Assembly (NCBI GenBank): GCA_002633005.1
Contig: NMRA01000579.1
Span: 62,001 to 126,000, forward strand
DNA: 64,000 nucleotides
Origin: Phoronis australis
Taxonomy: Eukaryota; Animalia; Phoronida
Reading direction: 5' to 3'
Positions 46,401-61,400 of the stretch are shown here, piece by piece (the first letter of the stretch is position 1; the number at the start of each line of letters is the position of its first letter). The position numbers and the translations under genes are program-made. Under the pieces are notes generated by a model. That model did not search any database. It worked only from the letters and a program-made list of their open reading frames with translations, and was not told the origin of the DNA.

Positions 46401-49400
46401 AGCAGTCTCAATGCGATTTTTAGAAAGGGATTTGATCTGTGCACTTGACTGTGGGGGCTTTTGTTAAACAGTTCTTGATAGTGTCAATAGCCAGTCTGTA
46501 TTACTGTTGGTGTTTGTCATATATTTTTGTCTTCAGTTTTTAGCCTTTAGCAACTAACCTTGAAGAAATTTTAATGATTTTTGTGTAAGTGTGCCAGTCT
46601 GACAGCTGTTCCTCCTGAAGACCCTGAATACAGTAACAATGGGGCAATCTGAAGTGATCATTAATCATCAACTAGTAGATGCAGTTGAAAAAAGATGGGC
46701 GAATTAATGAGGTCACAGGCTGAAGGCTTTAGACTGAAGCCAAATTAAGAATTTATGACAGTGTTGAATAATACGCTGAGTCTGGAGCTCATACCACTGA
46801 GCCATGCTGTCTACTATAGTGGTCAATAAGCTGGGTTTTTTTGTAACTAACGTCATGCTTGTAAACACTGGTTCTCCTTCTTAGAGCTCAATAAAAGAAT
46901 TTAAAAAATGTAATATTTAGATGAATTATGAGAATATTCCAAGTATTTTGATGGTCTGTCTGCATCTATCATTAACATATGTCATACTAGCATGTAACTG
47001 AAGGAGTGGAGGTCACATGTACTAATAGGGACCAGTTGGCATTTCTTGATATGATGAGTTAGCGTGAGCATTGATCATATTTACACTTATTGAACAAGCG
47101 TGGTTATTGTTTATAGGTGGTTGACGAACTTCATTGCAAACGCTTTGTTTATGTGTAAAATACACCATAAAAACAATTGACCACATAAAACTAATGGTAA
47201 AAATATTAGTTAAAAGAAATTTAATTGATAGAACATGTGAAATGAAAACATGTCTGATATGTGTCAGTTAAAAGTTGTTTTTTTTGCAGTTTAATGTTGA
47301 AAATTTTTATTGCCGCGTGTAACTTTCATCATTTCCTTTCTACTTTTCAGGCTAACATCAAAGGTCAGCACATTTTGAGCAAAGTGTTTGAACACCTGAA
47401 TCTACTGGAGAAGGACTACTTTGGACTGCGCTTTGTAGACAACGCGAATCAGACTGTAAGTAGGTCAGGGTGTTTGGTAATTGTGTCAGGGCATACTGTC
47501 AAAATGATAATTTTTTGACAAAAATAAGTTGGCGACTTATTCTGCTAACAGCAAATAAGACTGGTAAAAGCTATTGGGTAATAACTATAACAAAATTCTA
47601 ATTTACAGAATGACTTAGCCCTCTTACTAACTTCTATGTTAATTCCCGTTTGTTCTTGGTCATAAAGGAATACTACTGTTGCGATGAATTCGGCATCCAC
47701 TCAGCTGCTATTATGGGGAATTCCAGGTCATTTTGTCTGAATACTTTTGGCTTGTACTGTATATTTCAAACTGTAAATACTCTGGGTTACTGCTTGCCCA
47801 CAACTCACATTTCTAGAGAGGCTCGACTGTATTGTGCACTTGACTTGGATTTTATTCTTGTCCAAATACTGTACAGTAAAATTTCTACAAATTCGAACAA
47901 AAATAATGGCCAAAATTGTTACTTGTTTTTGCATTTTAAACTTTCATTGTATTGCCACAAATGTTCGAAATTTCATCGTGTGTTTGGTGATGACAGCTGT
48001 ACTATATAAGGTTTTCAAATGATCAAGTAAAATTATCTTCTTGTTTGCTCTTATTGAAAATTATGGTAAAGTAAAATTTTACTGTTTTGCCGTATTTTAT
48101 TCTAATTCGAAGAAGCATTACCATAGTATCACATTCACATATCTGACACTGTTATGAGTCTGCTGATTGTCAATTCTCCAAACACTTTGTAAAGAATCCC
48201 AAGGCTCATCTTACAGGGAAATTGAGCTTGCTTTCAGAATGGGAAATAAAAACATTGCCCTGCAGTAGTTAGTATTTTTAGATAGACTTTCTTTTAAATT
48301 TTTTTCTTCTAAAATACACAAACATGGCATCTATGTATGGCAAATATGCTTGCTTTCACAATCCAAGCTATGGCGTGAATTCACAAAAAATGTGTTTTGT
48401 AGAGGCCAGTTCCAACCGGTTCATTCGTTGGATAATTCCAAGTTCTTCGCTCCCTTCTGTGTAAGAAACTGACTTGTGATCTTAGATTTTCTGAAAAGTA
48501 CAAATTTCGTCTTGTCATTGTTGAAAATGCGATTACTACGCAAACATTATCCAGTTTGTGATTTGAATATTCAATTTCGCTTATTTTATTTAAAATTTAT
48601 TTCCTTCCATGCTTGTGTTGTTATGGGAAGGCAAGTTCATCCAGATAATCCTTTTCTACTGTCTTTCAGCATTGGTTAGACCCCTTGAAGTCTTTACACT
48701 CACAGTTTAGAGGTAAGGGACTCTCAAGTAACATCCTGTTTTAATTAGTTAACGGCCTGCCTCTAATGTTTTTTAAGCCCCAAGGGTCTGTCTGTAAACT
48801 GTCTGCAACTGCAGGGTTTTCATTTGTATACAATGTCGCGTTGGTGTAAAAGAAAAGAAATGTGACAGATAAGTGTATTCTTGAGAACTTCCTGTATAAA
48901 TGAATGTGATTTTGTAAATAGAAACCAATCGTGTGACATGTTGGAATGTGGGTAGAACTATTATTTCTGCCCTGAAGCTCACTGAGAGCGAATTATATTA
49001 AGAGCAAAATATTTTAAGATTAGGTGGGCCCTTATAGACTAGCATTTTGCTGAAACTGTTCAAGGCGTAATTCCAAAATTTCTGTTACATTTTCCACATT
49101 ATCCTTTTCTTTTTGTTTTATTGATTTTGTTCATAAAGGTCCTGAAAGTCCCAATTTTTAGTAGCCCTTCATGCCTAAGTGGATGATAGTGTTTTGTAGA
49201 AAGGGACGAAATAAAGTACATTATCTGAAAGTTTCGTTTGAGTTCAAGTGGGCGTCTGTGAGATACGATGATCAGTTTCTGCCACAACCCCGAGCGCGAT
49301 TATTTGTTCCACGACACGTACTTTTGATGAAATCAGCTGTGTAACTCTGTGTGTCACTGAATCGAGTTGAATGTAGAAGCTTATATTTGAATTTGTGGTG

Positions 49401-52400
49401 AAGATTGTTTAATTTGTGACACAGTGAACCTTACAAATTTAGCGATTAGTTTTGTCCAACATCGAGGAGCTTTAATTGTAGTCGGGGGCTCATTCCACAG
49501 TGAATGTTACTGGAGAGTGAATGGTAGTGATATCTTGTGATTGGCGATATCTTGTGAAGAATTGCATGATCTCACTAAACCTGCAAGAGACTAGTTTTAC
49601 GGAACAGCTCAGGTGTCGACACCGTCACATGACCGGATGACCTGACACTTTGCAAACATCTCACTCAGTTGTGGTTTTATGACCTTGGTTTGACCTTGGG
49701 TGACTGGATGTCCCTGTTGTGATGTTAACCGGCTGGCTTTGTTTTGACAGATGCCTGTCCGCCTTATTCCCTGTATTTTGGTGTGAAGTTTTATGCAACA
49801 GACCCCTGTAAACTGCATGAGGAAATTACAAGGTAAGAAAATGAATACGAGTAATTTCATTGACACCACCAAGTGTTGTGTCTTGGAAGTGGTTGAAGTT
49901 AACTTTTCCTATCTGCTTTACTCAATCAGTTGCACTCATTCTTGTTGCGAAAATATTTCATTTTGCAGTTAAAATCTTGCTAGATTGTAAGTAACATGTT
50001 TGCGCGAGATTTTAATCTGGCAGACTTGTTTCTGTGTTTTTGCCCGTTTTGTATTGATTTCACTTTCCTCTCATTTTGAGCCTATATTTCAGGAAATTTT
50101 CTGATCTCACCGGTACACGTTTCTGGAAGTTTCCATCCTATAGTATTAAATCTGACTTATTTACAACTTGGTTTCTATTACTTTATCATTTATAAAAATA
50201 CTTGAAAACTTGTTCCTGTGCATCTCTAGCTGACTAATTGTCTTCCATTCATCGTCTAGGTATCAGTTTTTCTTGCAAGTCAAAAAGGATGTTTTACAAG
50301 GTCGTCTGCCGGTCGCATTTGACACGTCTGCAGAACTTGGTGCTTATGCAGTGCAATGTGAGTAGACACGTCATGCATTTTAATGAAAAGTTTCAATTAG
50401 CCACAGTTATCGTGCTTTGTACACACAATACTTGAGACAAACTAATTGACATATAATTATCAGTTTGTGTTGGAGTTTATCCCCGAAAAACATTTTATTT
50501 GCTCTTCAGACATGAAAGTTACAGTTTTAGATTCACGAAGATTCTTAAAGAAATCTGTGAAATGTAAAAAACATTTATTTGCCGACATGTTCAAATGTTC
50601 TTGTTTTTTGGATTGTAGCTCTTTCGTTACATTTAAAAATAAAACCTGTTCTGGCAGCAGATTTCTTTCATTTTTTAAGCAGACGTTCCTCTCCAGCTGT
50701 GCCAAGGTAATTGTACGTATTAGCTGTGAAGAGACATGCCAGACGTGTTTTTCCCAAATTACAACTAATTACACTAGACTCTTGACCTTTGATAGTCAGA
50801 ACTGGTTTCATTCACATCTGGAGGCTGTTGTGACACCTAGCTCATTCATGAGCTGAGGCTTATTCAGATTTTTCCCAGAACCTATAATTAGATCAATTCT
50901 GAGAAACTTTTGCTGTTTTGTTTGTTTGGCGTAATTTGCTCGCCTGTTTCAACCTTGACTTTTGTTAACGGTGTTCTCTTTTACAAAGCTTATCTATGAA
51001 CTACTGGATGAAATCAAACATAGCAAAACATATGCAAAACTTGATCATTTATTCATGATTATACAAAAGTCAGTGACGGAGTGTGTGACTATTAATTTAC
51101 ATAATTTTAATAATAATATTTTAAAATGGCTGTGAACCCGCTGTGGGTAAAAAAACTGACTCTTTATGTAGGCCACTTACCGCTTTAAATCTGGTCGTAA
51201 CTTGGATCCTTACTTGGATGAGTGATGATAGCTGGTATTGGGAATAACTGTAAATAAAGCTTGGCATCAGGCTTGTTACGTTGGCTTTTCACGGCGTTTC
51301 TTTTCATGTGACGAGCATGATCTGAACAACTTCCGAAGTGTTAGTTCTTACATAGCCAGGAAATGAATCCACATTTGTGTAAGGAACATTTTGAGCCCAG
51401 TTTTTTACGGAAAGTTCTTTTGATGTCGAAGACGGGTTTCTTGCCACTTTAAGGGGTTTTTGTGCACAAGATAATGTGATAAAATGGTCGAGTACTGTAT
51501 GTAATTTTCTGCATGTATTCCAGCTGAGCTTGGTGACTATGATCCTAAGCGCCACTCGTACGGTTATGTTTCTGAGCTGAGGTTCACACCGAACCAGACA
51601 GAGGAGTTGGAAGAGAGGATAGTCCAGATACACAGAGGGCTTGCGTAAGTGTGCAGTGGGAGAGTGTGGCCTTGTGTAGCCACCGTACTTTTAAACTGAG
51701 TGCACCTGTTCAAGTTATGGTGGGTCAAAATTGACTAATTTCAAAACAAGATAAAATGAGATTTGAGCTCGTTGTTTAGCTAAAACATTTATAAGCTCCA
51801 TTTGGATTACATTTTAATAACAGGAAGCAAGAAATGTTGACTCACTTGATTGAATTAGAACAGAATCTTGACACTGTATGAAGGGATATGTCCAAAGGCA
51901 ATAGCCATATTACCGAAGCAGTTGTCAATGTAGCTTTCACTATTGAGTAACTGTAGACTGCTAGTCTAGAGCATCTGGGCATGAGGGTTTGAACATTAAC
52001 TACAGTGCAAGACAAAAGTAATCAAACAAAATAGCATTCCCCCATTATGATGGATAATTCAGTTAGTGTCAAAATTACTAGCAGTAACTGTTATAGCAGT
52101 AAAATTGCAAATTATAAAATGGCTGGGCCACCTTTGTACTAATTTTCTTGTTAATTCCCCTCCCCCGTGGCCATAAGGAAAGACTATTTCGACGATGAAT
52201 GCGGCTTCTTCTCATGATGGGGGAATTCCCGGCTGGTTTTTTCTAAATACTTTTGGCTTGTACTGTAGCTGCTGATGACAAGTCTGCTAGACTCCCAGTT
52301 ATTGTGTTTTCGAGGCATTCATAATAAATTGCAAGTTAATGTCGTCAATATTTGTTGGTGGAAAAGAAACATATCAAAAATACTACCAGACTTGGGTGAA

Positions 52401-55400
52401 AGTGATCGAGTGCCAAGCTGGGGTACTAAGTGTTATGTGGCTGATGAAGATTGGGACTGCATTGCACCTAGTCTTGTAAACTTCCCCGAGGAAATGAAAT
52501 TTTTAAATAAAGGTTTTTGTTTTTCTAAAGTCTGAATAGTGGTTGTATAGTGTCTTAAATGTTCACCATATTAGTGAAAATGTGATGTGTCTTTTCAGTG
52601 GTCAAGTGCCATCTGTTGCTGAGTTCATGTACTTAGACAAAGCCAAGTGGTTGGACATGTATGGAGTTGACCTACATCCTGTCCAGGTCAGTCAACCAAT
52701 CACAACTGCCGATAGTGTTATTGAGTATGATTCACAACATCGAGGTGGGAAATAACCTTGGTAGAAAGATTTAGGAATTTGTATGTCAGGAGTTTGTTTA
52801 AGCAAAGCCAAATACCAGGCCTTAGTTGATAAAGTGTTTATGCTGCAACTTTGTCATTGAGTTTATATATCAAATGAAAACAGTTATTTTTAATTCCATA
52901 ATTGCATGTAATGACCACTTTCGTTAGTTCAGCTGGAAACAATCAAAGATGTGACATGCATGTTAATAAGATAACAGCCACGGTTTATTGTCTAACCTGT
53001 AGCTGTGTAGTATCAATTATTCAATATAGTAATTATTGATTTTCTGCGTCATCCTAATTCTGTTTAATGAATAAAATTTAACTAAAATTTACATTCATTA
53101 AAACTTAGCCAGTATTACTAATGCAGTGTTGTTTAACCAAATACGTTTAGAGAAAAATAGATTTTCATGAAGTAACATCACTGGTCTGCACACAGATTTG
53201 ATTAAGCTTGTAATTAACTGGATTGTATTACAAGTCCTTTTAAATATGGCCTGTACAAGCATTGTGTGTATTTACAGGGTGAAGGCAGTATTGAATACTT
53301 CCTAGGTCTCACACCCACTGGTATTGTGGTGTACAAAAACAAGACAAGGGTTGGAAACTACTTCTGGTGAGACAATTTACATCAATGATATTACATTGAG
53401 CGTGGTTTCGTTGGTTCAAAAATGGCTGAATTTATAGTAAGATAAAATTAGAGTGAAATAGTACTATATAATGTCAAAAATAAGAAGTTAGTGTGAGGTC
53501 CATTCCGACCACAGTATAATTTTAGAAAACTGGAAGCTTTGACGTACCTTATTTCTTGGCTATTTCCATGAGGGTCACAAAATAAATCGAAACATTTAAT
53601 ATTTGGCATTGTCTGAAATGGGCTGTTCCAAGGTAATAGTCACATTACTTAGATAATGCACAATATAACTTTGAATTATTTGATTGTAAAAGACCTACTA
53701 CTTTTTGTTGTTGTCAACTGTAGTCTTTCCACGGCAGGTAAAGATGTAATTAACGCAATCGACCAAGACTGTAATTATTATTATGGATATGAAGTCTCTT
53801 GATGTCTGTTTAAATCGGGTTTGATTAAGATACAATGTCTGTTTTCAGGCCTCGCATTGTTAAGGTCACCTTTAAATCAAAGACTTTTATGATAAGAGTT
53901 AGAGATAAGAATGTAAGTATGAATCATAATTTTAGGTTGAATTATAATGAAAAATAATTTATTTGGCCAAATGTACAAACCTGAAGCCTTTTCTGCAACA
54001 CAAAATATTTGTCACGTGAAAGGTAGTGAGATCACAGGCTTTGCTTGTAACGTTTGGAAATGTCTGGCATAGAATTGAATAAATTTGGAACAATTTTATT
54101 TATTTATTTGAGATATGACTTCATCTGTTTTGTTAATGTATCGCAGAATGATGAGAACACCTATGCATTCGAGTTGGCATCCAAGTCGGCTTGTAAGCAT
54201 TTATGGAAATGCTGCGTGGAGCATCACTCATTCTTCAGGTATGTGGTGACCTCTTGTGGTGACCCCGCTGTAGCACTGCACGATGAATCATCTTCTAGCT
54301 TACATGTTTCAACCAGCTAGGCTTTTTTCACTTAAATCTTTTTCACCCTCATTAACATTGTTGATTTAGAACTCTTCTCTTAAGTTGAACTGTATATTAA
54401 CGTCTGCTTTTTGCACAAATTTCAAGCTTACTCTTCTCTTGTTGTTGTGAATTGCGTTTCTCAATGGTTTGAACTTAGTTAATAAGACTGTATGCCCGTT
54501 TCTTGTCTCTGGATCTGAAAAATGAGCAACATTGTGGAATTACAAGGAAATTAGGTGACATAGCCTCATGTTCAAGATTTATGATTGTTTACTAAGTTTG
54601 AGGCAAAAGAACATTGCTTATGTCAAATAAACTGTTGACATTGTCTTGTTTTTACTGGTTTTCTCGCCTGCAAATTGGATCAGCTCAAAGATCTGGGTAG
54701 CGTTCCGTACACCAATTTTTTTGCGACTAAAGCAAAAACTGAAAAGACTGTGCAAAATTATATGAGAGATGAAAGAGTTTTGGAAGTTGCTCGAAACCTT
54801 ATAGCTGTAACCGAACAAAATGGTGGCCGCGGGGATGGTTGGTCGGTGAGGTTGGAATGTTGAATTATGGGATAAAAGTGACTTCCTTTCCTTAAGTGAA
54901 AAATTTTCACGGCCAGTGCATGGCTAATGTATTATGTTTACGGAATGCAGCCCGGGCATGTCACTGCTTTCTTCTTTGCAATTGATACCCTCCTGCATTC
55001 TGACAAGCCAATCGGAGCTCTCCCCTCTATTTGCTGCGGTTGTGGGTGCTCACAGCTTGCCGTCCCTCTTTGCAGACTCAACCAGGTCCCCGATCACAAC
55101 AGTGGGGCTGGCAACGTGTTTAGCTTTGGCTCCAAGTACAGATACAGGTATGTTGAATGACTGTACCTGAATACCGACAGATGAATGCCGTTGTCCAAGA
55201 CAGTTTGTCTACTGGTTTGACCTCTGAACTCTTTCTTTGAGAGACTTGGCATTGGGGTCAGTGTTAAAAATAGATTGATACGCGGGAGTAAGTGAAAATT
55301 TGAAGCTATATCCAAAAATGATACAATGGTTTCAGCTGGATAAGACAACTGATGGTGGTTCTCAATCACTACTTCCAGCTTACAGTCCAATTAGATGTCC

Positions 55401-58400
55401 TAGCTATTTGACACAGCAGAACCGTGAAAGTGAATCGCGTGCTGCAGTTATTTGTAATAAAGCTGGCTGAGAATTAGGAAAACTAAGGTGCTGCAGACTG
55501 TTTCAGGCAAATTTTCCCTGAGAAAAAAAGAAAAGCTGTGGGTGTAAATAGCCTAATGTATTAATTGTGCTTGTATTGCTACAAATTCTGTTGCACTAAA
55601 TGTTTGTTGGGGTTGTATCAAGGAATATGATAAGCTTATTCAACGATGAGTAATACAGCGACTTCTTTAGTGTAGCACCACTTTGTTACAGCGGCAGGAC
55701 AGAAAAAGAGGCTCAAATGTCAGAGGTTCAAGGTCGTAGACAGCCCAAGGTGATTCGTACGCCCAGTAAAAGATACGAACGGCGCGTGTCTAGTGATAAG
55801 AGCAAAACGGACACGGTCACACATAGTGAGTTGATTAATGTTGATTACTTTGTCGTCATTCAGTTACACTAGTTACCCCCAGGTACCACCCACTACTGTC
55901 GGGGGCCAGTCTCTATCTTTCTCTCAATGTCAATATGTGAAAAACGTGAACTGTAAATATTGTAAACATGTTGCTGGTAAAATATTGCATGTACTAAGTA
56001 GTGAACAATGAAAAATGATATTGCTCACAATGATAAATGATATAGATAATATTGTATTATTTTTATATGTCCATTTTATTCTATTGTTATTTTTGGAATT
56101 CTTGCCGCTATAAAACATAAATTATGTTAAATATTAAAGAGATGCATAACTGTCAATCATTCTGTGTTTCTCACCCTAACAGCTGAAGTCCCTCCATCGC
56201 CTGGTAAGGCCATTAGTCCCAAGTCAGTGGATGTATCTAATGTCCAGACACCCAAGACCAAAAGACTTAGTGGATACCTGGCATCACCAGAGTCACCAGC
56301 CACCACACATAGATCATCACAGCCGTGGACCTCGGAGCAAACTAGTAAAGGGTACGAGTCAACAGGGGTCGTGTGGTAGTTACAATGCATGGCAAAAGTT
56401 ATCAGACAAAATACCATTTTCCTGTCATGACGGTTATTTTTGTTAACAGCAGAAATGACTGGTAATAACTACGGGGATGGCAAAATTCTAATCACACATT
56501 CAAGGACTTATTAACTTTCCTCTTAATTCCAATTTGTTCTCAGTCATTCGGAATAACTACTCTCATGGTGAATTTGGGTTCTGCTCAGCCGTTATGACAG
56601 AATTCCGGGTCATTTCGTTTGAATACTTTTGGCTTGTACTGTGTATAAAAATTGTAAAGCAAATCCGAGGGAACTAGCAAATTCTAAGAAAATTACGCGA
56701 AAGTTTTTACAGTGATTGAACATTTTGTTGATTTTTTAAAGCTAATTTACTTTGTTTCAGATGCGCGAGTTCATGCAGAAGTGTAATTTTTTGTTGTTTA
56801 TGGAAATTGTGGTCTGAACCTGACTTTTAAGCATGAGCTGTCATTGAACAGGCATATTTTTTAAGCTTGACTTATGCTTCGTTTGTACGACAACTTTGAT
56901 CTGGAAAAATTTATCTGGAACAAGATGGCAAGTGCCTGTCTGGAGCTTGTAATGGAAGAAGTAGGGTGTTCACGTTGTACTGAGTGGTCTTGTACCAGCA
57001 AGTGTCATGAATGACTTCCATCATAGATCATAGACAACAGATTCGCAACTCCGACATTTTCTTCCATAATATCCTAGAGGCGGCGCCACTTTCCTAAATT
57101 ATCTGGTTCATTTTCCGGTTAGTGTATTGTGACGGAAAATTCTCGCATCTATTTTATTGTCCAGTACAACGAAAACAAAATAATTTCGGCTTTGAAACGC
57201 CGTTCAAAATGTTAAAATAGTAGAAGTGTTGGTATTGTGAGTACTCTTAGCAATGCTACTACCACCCGACCACCCAACAGCTGACCAAGATTCAGCAGAC
57301 GACGTACTTACTGGAAATAACACCAGATAATCGGGCCAGGTGCTGCTAGTGAATAATGATATAACATTGTGCGAAAGAGCACATATTTCGTCCATTGAAA
57401 GTATACAGAGTTGACGGTTCATGTACTCCATCTTGAACGAGTACTGCATCCAGAACAAACTTATCCAGATGGGTTTCTTCCAGGCCAAAATGGTGTTTAG
57501 ATTGGCCGTAATGAAAGGCCCCCTATATGTACAGTATTGCCCTCGATTTTGCTAAGCAAATAAAACTTGTCCATTTCAGTGGTCTGTACACATCTGGCCG
57601 CGACTCTCCGCTCTCCACGCGGAGCGAGAAGATGAAGTTCCCCACACACAGGAGTCGGACAAAGTTGACGGGGAATGAGAGCGAAGGGGAGACCAGGAGA
57701 AGGTATGGGGGATAGTAGGGGTGCCGGAGTTTTTGGCAAAATAGTGCTGGGTAGTGAGTGGAAGAATCTCTTTATTTTCACTGGTTTAGAAGTGTTTCAT
57801 CAATAGAAAAACATCCAAACGTTTCCTATATTACACTGTCCTGCATGTAGTTGGCAATTCATGAAAAGCGATTAAGAAATGAAGTGTTTGAATTAACGAT
57901 GGTGGCAATTATTAATGTTGACTTGAGATTCCGTATAGTTTTGTTACCGAGTCACTTTTCTGTGTAGATTTTATTGAATGACTGCTTCAGCGTCTGGTTC
58001 ATTTGTTCAAATTGTCAAATACAAGTCTTGAACATTAAGCGGCGTTGTCCTATCATTACAGGGGACACTCTAAAAAATACTCTGATAATGAAAGCGAAGC
58101 CTCAACAGTACTTAGACACAAGAGAAGGTGAGAGCGAGATACTTGGTGTTTTGGAAGGGTGTGATATGGTTTTAGTACTGGTTTGTCACTCGTCGTTTTA
58201 TTTTATGTTCTGATTAGCATGTGTTGACTCTTGTCTTCTCTCACTGTTGTTGCTTGAAGTATTTAAAAGAAGAAATGTTAGTAGTTTTTGTGCCTTTTGT
58301 GTTCATTTGTAATGACTATATGTTAGTGTGTGTTTCTAGTAAGCCAGGGGCCGTTTTGTCAAAGATAATATGCCGGGTCATAGTTTTGATAGTTGTAGCA

Positions 58401-61400
58401 GGGCTTGGAATTTTCCTTTATTAAGAGGATTTCATCTTTTTTGGTTTCAATTTCCTCTTACTTGATTTCCAGTTTCCTCTTTTCTTCTTCTCTTTGTTAT
58501 CATTATTTTGACTTAATACATGCAAAAACATTTATTTCAGTTACACAAGCCTATTTATTCGTGGTACAATACTTCACCTGGAAATTGTTCGTCTTTTTTG
58601 CCTTTGGTCATTCCAAGCCCTGTTGTAAGCATGTTATTGGAAATACGACGCAGATTTTTTCATGAGAACGAAACATTACAACTGATTTTAAGTTGAAAAA
58701 TTTTCATATTTGGTCTTAATGACTACCTTCATGAAATGCATTAACAGATTGTGTGACGATAAATATCAAATTTACGACCGTCTTGGCTAAAACTGAACTA
58801 GACGGCCTTAGATGAAACATGCCCCCGGCCTATTCATCATAAAAACCAAATGGAGCTGTGCCAGTTGTCTTGTTTGAACGAATGTTACCAATTTTGACTG
58901 TCTTGTTGTTAGTGTATAACTAGTCATACCAATTTTTAAATCATTATCAAACTTCGTTCAAAGGTATAATATATTTTCTAACCTGGTCTATGCATGCTTC
59001 GCGCATGAACGCACATATGTGAGCATGGCAGTCGTGACGTCTTCTACTAACTTGCATGTCTCACCACCAGGGGTTATGACAGTGGCAGTGAGACCGAGTC
59101 GCGGCGGTCCCAGCGGAGGGGTCGACAGCGGAGGTCAGGGCCGGGGTCAGGGGAATGGAGGCGGAGCGACTATAACAAGGAAAACGGGTCGGTGGTGTCC
59201 GGTCACGGGTCGGACGCTGGTCAGGTGCAAAGGAGACGGCGGAGGTGAGTACACATTTTTGAATGCAGATAATCAACATTTCTTTAAATTGGCAATCATC
59301 CTATCAAGAACCAATGTATAATGGTGACCTCTTACAGTTATTCAGATAATCTCGTCTTGTTTATAAACCAGGTTAGAAATGAGTTCAAGCTTGAGAAGAT
59401 TGACTGGTCATTATTCATTGAAACCAGGTCTATAAAAGTGCTTATCACTGAGAGTTGGTTTCAGGGTCCTAATGAATACCTGAATGCATGCGTTCACTCA
59501 GCCATTACCATTGTCCCACTAGCGCCACCTTGTGAATGTTGAAGTCATCAGTGCATATGTGGTACTAAGTCTACGCTCACAAGTGCTGGGTAATTATAAC
59601 TGGTCGCCTATACATTTTGTAGGAGAAGTCGTAGTCGGTCTCCTGGGAAGAAACTGCCTCAAGAACTACAGAATCACATCAGGTGAGTTGGAAGGTTCAT
59701 GATGAAATTGTGTTTCTGTTTGCAATCATTGTACCAAAATTGTATTTTTGAGGTAGAGCATCTCCCTCTTTTATGGATTGCCGGGGTGTTCTCATTAAAT
59801 ATCATTCTTTTCTCTATAACACATTTATTTTGCAATTTTTTTGCTACATAATTACTGGCTGAATGCAAATGATGCCATGTCTGTTTTCAGGTATGAGCTG
59901 GTGGAGGCGTCTGGCCTGACAGAGGAACAGTTGAGGGATATCCCCTTCACAAATGTGCAGTGAGTACTGTCGTGTGGTCTTTAGTTAAGTTTCCACCAAT
60001 AGATGGAGCTGTGGGTGTATATAACTAGTGTGAGCTACTTGTTGGGTGTGGTTCAGGAGGCAGCAGCCAAAGGAAGTGGTTCGAGTATGAAGCTCAGAGA
60101 AGTCAACAACACTCAGTAAAAGTTCTTACTCAATGGCTTGAATTTTGTTCCTGTTGTTAAGTTGAAATTATACTCTGTTGTTGTGGTACGTAACAGTACA
60201 GGACACGAGTGATCTTTGAGATCAGCCACAACATAGAATCGAACTGGAGCCCTGCGGTCACAGTTTAACGCTCTGCTGGGGCAGAGTATTTCAAGCGTAT
60301 TTAATGCTTGGTAAAGCCTCGATTTGGAAACGACTGGCAAAGAAGGGTGGAAATTTATGATGAAGAAGCAAATCGTAGAGACGGATTTTGTTGTTATATA
60401 GCTTTGATCAAAGTTATTTATTTCTGGTAGTCATTGCATTCAGGATGATTTTGATGGTGTATTTCTAGAAGTTGAAACCAGATTTATCGCTTTTAAACCA
60501 TAAAGTTGGTAGAATTTCTAAATAGCTCAATATGAGTATTCAAAAGTTCAAAACTTGTTTTTTGTGTGTGGAACATAGTCTTGTGCGACCACAGTAGGTC
60601 CCGTTAACTCGTGATGTCTTCTGCAGTTACAGGCAGTTGCAGTAAAAACGGTAATTTCTGTGCCAATTGAAAATCAGTTTGATATCTTGTTTGTCCTTAG
60701 CAGTAATTTTCAAAGAAAAGATCGTGAAATTACGTAGCTTCATTGTTCCAATTTGTGCTGGAAATCGTAAGAAGCTTTGCTGCAAGTCGTTTGAAAGTTA
60801 TTGGAAAATTAGTTGTCTAGTTGTCTTTTCGAATAAAATATATTTTGATCATTCCGTCCCAGTGTTTTTATGTACCAGAACATCAACAGTTGTTGGAACT
60901 ATTACCGCCTTAAGCATAGTGTGTTTTTGTTTCAGAACTGAGAAGGCCAACCTATGGACAGGCAAATACTCACCATATGCCAGACACCGCAGGAGATCTC
61001 CAGCAAGGCGGAGAAGTTTCGGGTAAAGCATTCTGGGATTGTTGTCACTTTTTAAACTATTTATTTCATCTAATCGAAGAGACAGACAGTACATAAATGA
61101 TATACGTGCCTATTTGAATTCAGAATGATTTTATTGGTGATGTTCGCAAGACACTGAAACCAGAGTTATGACTCTCAAACAATAAAGCTGGTAGAATTTT
61201 TTTGCGACAAGAGACCCCCTGTGTGCTTGTATCTGCCAAGTTTCTGTATCATTTTTTGTCGATTTAACTTCCTACCACTAAGTTCGGTGAACGTCCTCTG
61301 TGAGTTCATGGTGTATGTCTCTTAGGTGGTGCATATTTACAATTTGCGTATTTTCGAGTTTTGCGAGTTTACTGTCTATTTCCTGTTTCAGGAGTGAAGC

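Noticed and set aside
22562-47350. Nested protein-coding gene or autonomous transposon in the 24.8 kb intron
   Set aside because: No long ORF, no transposase or reverse-transcriptase motif and no coherent exon chain could be found by eye; small alternative exons cannot be excluded.
54239-55155. GTATG donors as U12-type introns
   Set aside because: They lack the GTATCCTT consensus and are ordinary U2-type donors.
57204-57488. 94-aa minus-strand ORF in a CpG-retaining intron as a nested gene
   Set aside because: No recognisable protein motif or supporting exon chain; more likely a repeat remnant. A BLASTX search would settle it.
59881-59896. TTTTCAG/GTATGA as a recursive splice site (similarly CTAG/GTATCA at 50260)
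   Set aside because: Fully explained by an ordinary exon beginning G-TAT (Arg-Tyr), and the flanking introns are short.
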